From Actinomycetota bacterium (GTDB lineage Bacteria; Actinomycetota; UBA4738; CALAEC01), in contig DASYVD010000098.1 in NCBI GenBank assembly GCA_036000545.1, forward strand, positions 3,126 through 67,125: a stretch of DNA of 64,000 bases. Direction: 5' to 3'. Shown here piece by piece: positions 58,071-64,000 of this stretch. The first letter of the stretch is position 1. Each line of letters begins with the position of its first letter. The notes below the pieces were generated by a model. The model searched no databases, was not told where the DNA came from, and was given only the letters and a program-made list of their open reading frames with translations. A program made the position numbers and the translations under genes.

Positions 58071-59044
58071 CAGAACGAGAGCACCTTCTCCAGAGCGATC
58101 AGGATGCGGTCCACGCTGGGCAAGTAGTGCTCCTCCACCTTGGCCGGCGGATAGGGGATGTCGTACCCAGTCACCCGGAGCACCGGGGCCTCCAGGTACT
58201 CGAAGGCATCCTCCACGATCCGAGCCACAACCTCGGCCCCGAACCCGGCGGTCATGGGTGCCTCGTGGACGACGACGATCCGGCCGGTCTTCCGCGCCGC
58301 GTTGGCCAGACCCTCGATGTCGAGGGGCACCAGCGTGCGGAGGTCCAAGACCTCGACCTCCACCCCGTCCTCCGCTGCGGCGTTGGCGGCCTGGAGACAC
58401 CTAGCCACCATCCCTCCCCATGCGACCAGGGTGGCGTGGCTTCCTTCCCGCACGGTCCGGGCCCTCCCGAATGGGAGGCCGTCGGGGGATAGCTCGCCCG
58501 ACTCCTTGGACCAGTACCGGCTCTTTGGCTCGAGGAAGATCACCGGGTCGGGGTCCCTGATGGACCTGACCAGCAGGTTGAACGCGTCCAGGGGAGTGGA
58601 GGGGATGGCCACCTTGAGGCCGGACGTGTGGACGTAATAGGCCTCGGGGCTCTCGGAGTGGTGCTCCGCGGCTCCGATGCCTCCACCGCAGGGGATCCGG
58701 ATCACCACGGGCACGTCCACGGCCCCCACGGAGCGGAAGCGGTACTTCGCGACGTGCGAGATGACCTGGTCGAGCGCGGGATAGGAGAACGCGTCGAACT
58801 GCATCTCTGCCACAGGACGCCAGCCCGCCATGGCCAACCCAAGGGACACTCCCGCGATGGCCGACTCGGCCAGGGGCGTGTCGAAGACCCGCGCCTCGCC
58901 GAACTCCGCCTGGATCCGGTCGGTTATCCGGAACACTCCGCCCAGCTTCCCCACGTCCTCGCCGAGGACGAGCACGCGGTCGTCCTCCCCCATGGCGAAC
59001 CGGAGAGCTTCGTTGAGCGCCTGGACCATGGTGACCTCAGGCAC
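58070..59044 (-). CDS. bkdB: 2-oxoacid dehydrogenase E1 beta subunit
   Basis: MVQALNEALRFAMGEDDRVLVLGEDVGKLGGVFR..FDTPLAESAIAG. The stop shares 1 nt with the E2 ATG (TGATG). Confidence 0.9.
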   Translation of the reverse strand: MPEVTMVQALNEALRFAMGEDDRVLVLGEDVGKLGGVFRITDRIQAEFGEARVFDTPLAESAIAGVSLGLAMAGWRPVAEMQFDAFSYPALDQVISHVAKYRFRSVGAVDVPVVIRIPCGGGIGAAEHHSESPEAYYVHTSGLKVAIPSTPLDAFNLLVRSIRDPDPVIFLEPKSRYWSKESGELSPDGLPFGRARTVREGSHATLVAWGGMVARCLQAANAAAEDGVEVEVLDLRTLVPLDIEGLANAARKTGRIVVVHEAPMTAGFGAEVVARIVEDAFEYLEAPVLRVTGYDIPYPPAKVEEHYLPSVDRILIALEKVLSF

Positions 59045-60122
59045 CCTCGCCCTCCTCCGTGGTCAGCCGGACGACTTCCTCGCGCTGACGGGCCAAGAAG
59101 TCCGGCATCTCGCTGAACGTGTGGTCGAAGAAACCCTCCAGGGGTCGCGGCTGGGCGCCCTGGATGCCGGCCCGGACCTTCGCCGCCTCGGCCCCGGCAT
59201 CGGCTTCGGCCCGGTTCAGGAAGCCCGGGTCGAGCAGGCCCTCGGATTCGAGGAGCCTGCGGAACCGCTCCAACGGATCGAACGCCTGCCAGGAGTCGAC
59301 GTCCTCCCGAGACCGGTACCGGCTGGCGTCGTCGGCCGTCGAGTGGGGGCCCATCCGGTAGGTCACCGCCTCGATGAGGGTGGGCACCCGCTCCTCCCGG
59401 GCCCGAGCCACCGCCTCGCGCGAGACCTTGTACACGGCCAGAACGTCGTTCCCATCCACTCGCACTCCGGGGAACCCGTACGCCTCCGCCTTCTTCCAGA
59501 TCGGCGCGGCGGTCTGCTTCTGGACCGGAACCGAGATGGCCCACTGGTTGTTCTGGCAGAAGAACACCACGGGGCAGCGGAGCACCCCGGCGAAGTTGCA
59601 GCCTTCGTGGAAGTCGCCCTGCGAGGTGGCGCCATCGCCGAAGTAGACGACGGCGCAAGCGTTCTTCCCGTCGAGGCGAGCCCCGAGGGCCCATCCGACC
59701 GCGTGCAACACCTGACTCGACACGGGCACCGAGATCTCCGCGAAGTGGGACCCCAGAGGATCGGCGATCCCTCCGTGGCGGGTCCCCCGGTGGAAGTGCA
59801 TGTACTCCACGAGGTCGATACCCCGGACCACCGCCACGCCCACCTCCCGGTAAGAGGGGAAGACGAAGTCCTCCTCGCCGAGGGCGTAGGCGCTACCGAT
59901 CTGCGCCGCTTCCTGGCCGAGCACGGGCGGGTACACGGCCAGCTCGCCTTGGCGCTGGAGGGCGGTGGCCTCGAGATCGACCGCTCGGGTGACAAGCATG
60001 GCCCGATACATCGCCCGGAGGTCCTCATCCCCCAAATCCAGCGCCTGACGGGCCTGCGGGTCAACGACGGTACCGTCCGGGGCGAGGATCTGGAGGGCGT
60101 CGTCAGGTTTGGTCCGGATCAT
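59037..60122 (-). CDS. bkdA: 2-oxoacid dehydrogenase E1 alpha subunit (TPP-binding)
   Basis: YRAMLVTRAVDLEATALQRQGEL. The TPP motif is YFGDGATSQGDFHEGCNFAGV...FFCQNNQWAIS. ATG 60122 is preferred over 60170. Confidence 0.88.
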   Translation of the reverse strand: MIRTKPDDALQILAPDGTVVDPQARQALDLGDEDLRAMYRAMLVTRAVDLEATALQRQGELAVYPPVLGQEAAQIGSAYALGEEDFVFPSYREVGVAVVRGIDLVEYMHFHRGTRHGGIADPLGSHFAEISVPVSSQVLHAVGWALGARLDGKNACAVVYFGDGATSQGDFHEGCNFAGVLRCPVVFFCQNNQWAISVPVQKQTAAPIWKKAEAYGFPGVRVDGNDVLAVYKVSREAVARAREERVPTLIEAVTYRMGPHSTADDASRYRSREDVDSWQAFDPLERFRRLLESEGLLDPGFLNRAEADAGAEAAKVRAGIQGAQPRPLEGFFDHTFSEMPDFLARQREEVVRLTTEEGEGA

Positions 60123-60374
60123 GGCTTGTTTCCGTGGCCGATGAGAGGCGCGCACAGCATACCCCAACAACGGCGCTCTTCAGGGGTCCCAAAGCAAACC
60201 AGGCAATCCCGGCGTTTCGCATGTGTTGGTTGGGGAAGGAGTTGAGAGGGGGTCAACTGAGGTAGGAAGGAAGACCGAAGGAGATTGACCGTGGACGGAT
60301 GCCCGATAAACGCGAATCAAAGGCCCCAGACTGACCAATCGGACAAGCGAGAACATCGGGAAGGAGGCAACGCC

Positions 60375-61067
60375 ATGCGCCGACTACTTGCGGTAGCGGC
60401 TGTCCTGGGCCTCGTGGGGCTGTTCGCGCTTCCCGCGGTCGCCCATCACAAACCGGACCATGCGGGGGGGAACGCATCCGCGTCCGGGGCGGGCGGGAGC
60501 GACCACGACGGAGACGCGGACTCGAGCTCGGCGACGGCTATGGAGGACTCGCACTCGCCTGATTCGAACCCGGATACCGACAATGCCCACCCGTCCGGGA
60601 ACGACAGGAGCGGCGAGTCCGGCGGTTCAGGGAACCAGGGCAACAGCGAGTCGGACCCGGACGCAATGGAGAACGGCGGAATCGATAAGTCCGGCGGGTC
60701 CGCGACCGCAGGCGGAGACCTGGACGACCAGGACGGCAACAACGGCTGCGGGAACGACGACGACTTCGAGGACGACAACAACGGCAACTGCCGCCGTCAG
60801 GGCGAGCAGCCTCCGACACCGCCGCCCGGTGGTGGCGAGCAGCCTCCGCCCCCCGGTGGCGGCGGTCCCGGTGGCGGCGCTGTCGGTGGCAAGACCGTGA
60901 CCCGCGGCGGAGCCGTGCTCGGGGTGACCGTGACCCAGGGCGCCGGTGTCGGTGGCCAGACCCTCGCTGTGACCGGTGTGGAGGTCCAAGGGCTGCTGCT
61001 CCTTGCCCTCGGCCTGATGCTCGCCGGCGCGACGATCGTCCTGGTGACCCGCAGGACCGCGTCCTAG
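60375..61067 (+). CDS. Secreted acidic Asp/Gly/Asn/Ser-rich protein with C-terminal LAXTG (class E sortase-type) cell-wall sorting signal
   Basis: GGAAGGAGG lies 7 nt upstream. Signal peptide MRRLLAVAAVLGLVGLFALPAVA. The C-terminus is LAVTG + hydrophobic LLLLALGLMLAGATIVLV + RRTAS. Confidence 0.6.
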   Translation: MRRLLAVAAVLGLVGLFALPAVAHHKPDHAGGNASASGAGGSDHDGDADSSSATAMEDSHSPDSNPDTDNAHPSGNDRSGESGGSGNQGNSESDPDAMENGGIDKSGGSATAGGDLDDQDGNNGCGNDDDFEDDNNGNCRRQGEQPPTPPPGGGEQPPPPGGGGPGGGAVGGKTVTRGGAVLGVTVTQGAGVGGQTLAVTGVEVQGLLLLALGLMLAGATIVLVTRRTAS

Positions 61068-61090
61068 TCGCAGACAAGGCTCGACCACCA

Positions 61091-61129
61091 CGTGGCCCGG
61101 AGCCTTGAGCTCCGGGCCACGTTCTTTCT
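61091..61129 (+). terminator. Rho-independent terminator after the LAXTG-protein gene
   Basis: CGTGGCCCGGAGC-cttga-GCTCCGGGCCACG (13-bp stem) followed by TTCTTTCT. Confidence 0.7.
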
Positions 61130-61162
61130 CAGGAGGGATGAGCTCCGCGGTCGCGGCGTCCG

Positions 61163-62254
61163 CTAAACCCGCCGCCTGCTGCCGGTTCGCCCGGGCACCC
61201 AGAGGAGACGCACCCGGCTCACCCGGGCCATCCGCTCCTCGGCCATGCGCTCGGCCGCCTTCCGTGTCGAGGTCCCCTCGGTGCGGGCAAGCCGGAACAC
61301 CTCCCGGAGCGTCCGGTAGATCCCTTCCACCCGGGCCATGGCCCGCTCCCGGTCGTATCCCTGGAGCTCGTCTGAGACGTTGATCAACCCTCCGGCGTTG
61401 ATCACGAAGTCAGGAGCGTAGGGGATGCCTTGGTTTCCGAGCATGTCACCGTGCTCTGGTCGCTCGAGCTGGTTGTTGGCCGAGCCGGCCACGATCCGAC
61501 ACTTGAGGTTGGGGATGGTGTCGTCGCGGATCATCCCCCCCATGGCGCAGGGGGCGAAGACCTCGCACTCGAGGGCGTGGGCCTTCTCGGGCTCTGTGGT
61601 CTCGACCCCCAGGTCCCGCACCGCTCGACCCACGGCATCGACGTCGAGGTCCGCCACCGTGACCTTCGCCCCGGCCTCGACCAGGTGCTTGGCGAGATGG
61701 AAGCCGACCTTCCCGACGCCCTGCACCACCACCCTCAGGCCCTCGAAGGACTGCGTCTGCAGCTGTTCCTCGATGCACGCTCGGAGCCCCTGGAAGGTGC
61801 CCCACGCGGTCACCGGGGAGGGGTCGCCGGATCCGGCGAGACGTTTGGAGACTCCGGTCACCCACCCGGTCTCCCGGCGCACGGTGTCCATGTCCTCCCT
61901 GGCGGTCCCGACGTCCTCCGCGGTGATGTAGCGACCTCCCAGGGAGTCGATGAACCGGCCGTAGGCTCGGAGGAGCTCTTCGGTCTTGTCCCGCTTGGGA
62001 TCGCCGATGATGACGGCCTTGCCCCCTCCGAGGTCAAGCCCGGCGGCGGCCGCCTTGTAGGTCATCCCCCTGGAGAGCCGGAGGACGTCGCGGAGGGCCT
62101 CCTCCTCGGTGGCGAAGGGATAGAAACGGGTCCCGCCGAGGGCGGGACCCAATGCCGTGGAGTGTATGGCGACGATGGCCCGGAGGCCGGTCGGAGGGTC
62201 GTGAAAGAACACGACCTCCTCGTACTCATCCTGCAGCGAGCGGAATACGCCCAT
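61163..62254 (-). CDS. Leu/Val (Glu/Leu/Phe/Val family) dehydrogenase, Vdh-like
   Basis: The motifs are ALGPALGGTRFYPF and KAAAAGLDLGGGKAVI. The NAD fold motif is VVVQGVGKVGFHLAKHL. ATG 62254 gives MGVFRSL... Confidence 0.88.
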   Translation of the reverse strand: MGVFRSLQDEYEEVVFFHDPPTGLRAIVAIHSTALGPALGGTRFYPFATEEEALRDVLRLSRGMTYKAAAAGLDLGGGKAVIIGDPKRDKTEELLRAYGRFIDSLGGRYITAEDVGTAREDMDTVRRETGWVTGVSKRLAGSGDPSPVTAWGTFQGLRACIEEQLQTQSFEGLRVVVQGVGKVGFHLAKHLVEAGAKVTVADLDVDAVGRAVRDLGVETTEPEKAHALECEVFAPCAMGGMIRDDTIPNLKCRIVAGSANNQLERPEHGDMLGNQGIPYAPDFVINAGGLINVSDELQGYDRERAMARVEGIYRTLREVFRLARTEGTSTRKAAERMAEERMARVSRVRLLWVPGRTGSRRRV

Positions 62255-62310
62255 CGTGCCGACCCGACGGGCCGGGGACCGAATATAGCACGCGCTATGA
62301 TGGCCGGACC

Positions 62311-63120
62311 GTGATCGCCAGCGCCTACCTTCGGGTCTTCCAGCCACTGGACGTCTTCCCGGAGGACGAACGGGCCCGCTGGGAGCGCTACATCCTCGAA
62401 GGTGAGCACCTCAGGCCGCCTCGGCGCCGATACCGCCAGCAATGGACGGCCTCCTCGGGTCGTCTGGGTGTCCTCGTGGCGGAGGGGGAGGGCGCCGACG
62501 TCCGGATGGTCGACGGGCTGTGGTACGTGTGCCCGTGGCGGACCCGGCTGCGGGTCCTTGCCGGGCTCCTGTCCCTTCGAGACAGCGTGCCCGCCGAGAT
62601 GGCCGAGGACCTAGTCCCTGAGGGAGAGGCTCGCCGGGCGGCTCGGGAGCTAGCCCGCATCCGGCGGAGGGACCCCAGCGCCGTCCCCACCATGCTCCAG
62701 AGTGCCTGGCACGTGCCCCTGCGGTGGTTCGTCCTGGTGGACGAGGACGAGCGCCGGGTTGCGGAGCGGCCCGAGGGCGGGTGGCGCCTCTATTACTGGT
62801 CGGGCGTTGGGGAGGCCAGGCGACGGGCCGATCGGGCCCTGGAGATCCTCCGCCGGAGCGACCTCGACAGCCTGGCGGACCTGGTGCGGGACCTGGCCGC
62901 CTGGCTGGCGGTGTTCGACGCGCGATCGGCCCTCGAGCTCGACTATGGCGACCTGTCCGGACTGTTCGGCTGGAACGAGCTGGACGACGACCACTCCGCC
63001 CGAGAGATCCGGGAGGCCCTGGACGCCCTGGGCGAGGGCGACATCCCTCGGGCCGTGGACCTGTACCAGCTGGTAGCGGCGCGGTGGGCGGAAGCGAGGA
63101 CCCGCGGGTCACTGAACTGA
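62311..63120 (+). CDS. Conserved hypothetical protein (position equivalent to the gene between vdh and bldC in Streptomyces)
   Basis: GTG 62311, with TATGAT 9 nt upstream. VIASAYLRVFQPLDVF...WYVCPWRTRLRVL...AWHVPLRWFVLV. No recognised domain. Confidence 0.5.
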   Translation: MIASAYLRVFQPLDVFPEDERARWERYILEGEHLRPPRRRYRQQWTASSGRLGVLVAEGEGADVRMVDGLWYVCPWRTRLRVLAGLLSLRDSVPAEMAEDLVPEGEARRAARELARIRRRDPSAVPTMLQSAWHVPLRWFVLVDEDERRVAERPEGGWRLYYWSGVGEARRRADRALEILRRSDLDSLADLVRDLAAWLAVFDARSALELDYGDLSGLFGWNELDDDHSAREIREALDALGEGDIPRAVDLYQLVAARWAEARTRGSLN

Positions 63121-63248
63121 GGGCTCCGGCGGCATAGCCCATTCGGGCTAGTCACATCCTGTTACCCGCTCTGGCACGTATTACCTATGTACCTTTCGTT
63201 CACTTGTACCGATAATGGTTTGGCTGACCCGAATGTGACAGCGCGGAG

Positions 63249-63455
63249 GTGGACAAGAGCATGGCCGTACGCACGCAGAACGACCAGAAGCTGCTTACGC
63301 CGGCAGAGGTCGCCGCGATGTTCCGGGTGGATCCCAAGACGGTCACCCGGTGGGCGAAGGCCGGCAAGTTGTCATCGATTCGCACCCTCGGCGGCCACCG
63401 CCGCTACTGGGAGGCGGAGGTCAGGCAGCTCCTGGAGCAGAACGGCGAGGCCTAG
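63249..63455 (+). CDS. bldC: BldC-family MerR-like/excisionase-type small DNA-binding protein
   Basis: LLTPAEVAAMFRVDPKTVTRWAKAGKLSSIRTLGGHRRYWEAEVRQLL is nearly identical to the BldC core. GGAGGTGG lies upstream. An alternative start is ATG 63261. Confidence 0.85.
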   Translation: MDKSMAVRTQNDQKLLTPAEVAAMFRVDPKTVTRWAKAGKLSSIRTLGGHRRYWEAEVRQLLEQNGEA

Positions 63456-63479
63456 CGTCGGGACCGGCCTCGAAGGCCA

Positions 63480-63516
63480 AAGACCCCGGGCCAACGGCCC
63501 GGGGTCTTCTTCTTTT
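63480..63516 (+). terminator. Rho-independent terminator after bldC (hairpin shared with the end of the convergent tRNA cluster)
   Basis: AAGACCCCGGGCC-aac-GGCCCGGGGTCTT followed by CTTCTTTT. Confidence 0.65.
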
Positions 63517-63527
63517 CCTTCCTCTTG

Positions 63528-63600
63528 TGGCGAGGGACGGAGTCGAACCGCCGACACCGCGGTTTTCAGCCGCGTGCTCTGCCAACTGAGCTACCTCGCC
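63528..63600 (-). tRNA. tRNA-Phe (anticodon GAA)
   Basis: GGCGAGGTAGCTCAGTTGGCAGAGCACGCGGCTGAAAACCGCGGTGTCGGCGGTTCGACTCCGTCCCTCGCCA. Anticodon loop is CTGAAAA. CCA is not encoded. Confidence 0.92.
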
Positions 63601-63638
63601 GCGTGCCGCGCCTGAGCACGAGGGCTCCGGCGGCTTTG

Positions 63639-63714
63639 CGGGCCTGACGGGATTTGAACCCGCGACCTCCACCTTGACAGGGTGGCGAGCACGTCCAGGC
63701 TGCTCCACAGGCCC
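63639..63714 (-). tRNA. tRNA-Asp (anticodon GTC)
   Basis: GGGCCTGTGGAGCAGCCTGGACGTGCTCGCCACCCTGTCAAGGTGGAGGTCGCGGGTTCAAATCCCGTCAGGCCCG. Anticodon loop is CTGTCAA. Confidence 0.9.
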
Positions 63715-63732
63715 CGTGGGTATTCGGTTGCG

Positions 63733-63805
63733 TGCCCCCAGCGGGATTCGAACCCGCGCCGCCGGCGTGAAAGGCCGGTATCCTGGGCCGCTAGACGATG
63801 GGGGC
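63733..63805 (-). tRNA. tRNA-Glu (anticodon TTC)
   Basis: GCCCCCATCGTCTAGCGGCCCAGGATACCGGCCTTTCACGCCGGCGGCGCGGGTTCGAATCCCGCTGGGGGCA. Anticodon loop is CTTTCAC. Confidence 0.92.
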
Positions 63806-63904
63806 AAGCGGCATCGCCCCCCGCCCCGCGGGGGCAGCGCCGCCAAGTATAGCGTCCGGGAACCCTGGGAACCTTCCAGGTGGCTCGGCCGTCCAACCGC
63901 CAAG

Positions 63905-64000
63905 ATGAAGCGAGCCACCGGGCTTCTCGCAGTGGGAACCATCGTCGCCGGACTGCTCGCCGGGTGCGCCGAGGAAGTCCGGACCCGGTCCGGCCTCCGG
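63905..64000 (+). CDS. Lipoprotein, 3' end cut by window edge
   Basis: MKRATGLLAVGTIVAGLLAGCAEE... is a signal peptide with the lipobox LLAGC. Confidence 0.5.
   Translation, partial: MKRATGLLAVGTIVAGLLAGCAEEVRTRSGLR

Noticed and set aside
60285-60374. An upstream TTG/GTG start (60285/60291, with GAAGGAG nearby) that would add about 30 aa to the LAXTG protein.
   Set aside because: The added residues (DGCPINANQRPQTDQSDKREHREGGNA) have poor GC3 and would bury the signal peptide. ATG 60375 has an ideal GGAAGGAGG at 7 nt.

Overview
This is a visibly GC-rich segment in which codon third positions are almost always G/C. It is densely packed and looks like actinobacterial chromosomal core. I see no rRNA, CRISPR array, transposase, integrase, phage genes or recognisable defence island.

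Gene content, left to right:
- The tail of a Tad/Flp-type pilin locus, then two F420-type LLM oxidoreductases, an HtrA-like protease and an RHH protein.
- DUF5318, two odd membrane proteins and PBP1A.
- On the minus strand, a co-directional run: ECF sigma, anti-sigma, two GT-C glycosyltransferases, a LuxR-type response regulator and a small ORF.
- panB, then rpsF-ssb-rpsR-rplI, dnaB, nth, tRNA-Gly, dcd and a membrane HdrD-like Fe-S reductase.
- dnaK-grpE-dnaJ-hspR-clpB, then YciI, a LemA pair, an MFS transporter, an MBL hydrolase, an aldolase-like protein and dodecin.
- A Zn-ribbon/adenylyl-cyclase/STAND/TPR giant.
- A ten-gene purine block: purA-D-E-B-C-S-Q-L, then purF-M.
- A GAF histidine kinase and a bkd-type 2-oxoacid dehydrogenase operon with an unexpected cytoplasmic BtuF-like gene.
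- An LAXTG surface protein, Leu/Val dehydrogenase, bldC and a tRNA Glu-Asp-Phe cluster.

From memory, the order resembles Mycobacterium Rv0049-Rv0058 and Streptomyces vdh-bldC synteny.

I do not find a compelling novel system. The best second-look candidates are:
1. An orphan, degenerate HycD/NuoH-like plus HycC/NuoL-like membrane pair with no partner subunits.
2. An ECF sigma / PD40 + FG-GAP-like anti-sigma module that appears to need a CTG start.
3. A signal-less periplasmic-binding-protein homologue fused into the bkd operon.
4. Three low-complexity, charge-extreme envelope proteins.
5. A frameshifted YciI gene.
6. A recurrent leaderless-promoter geometry.

All functional calls rest on motif recognition by eye. 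No database search was run.
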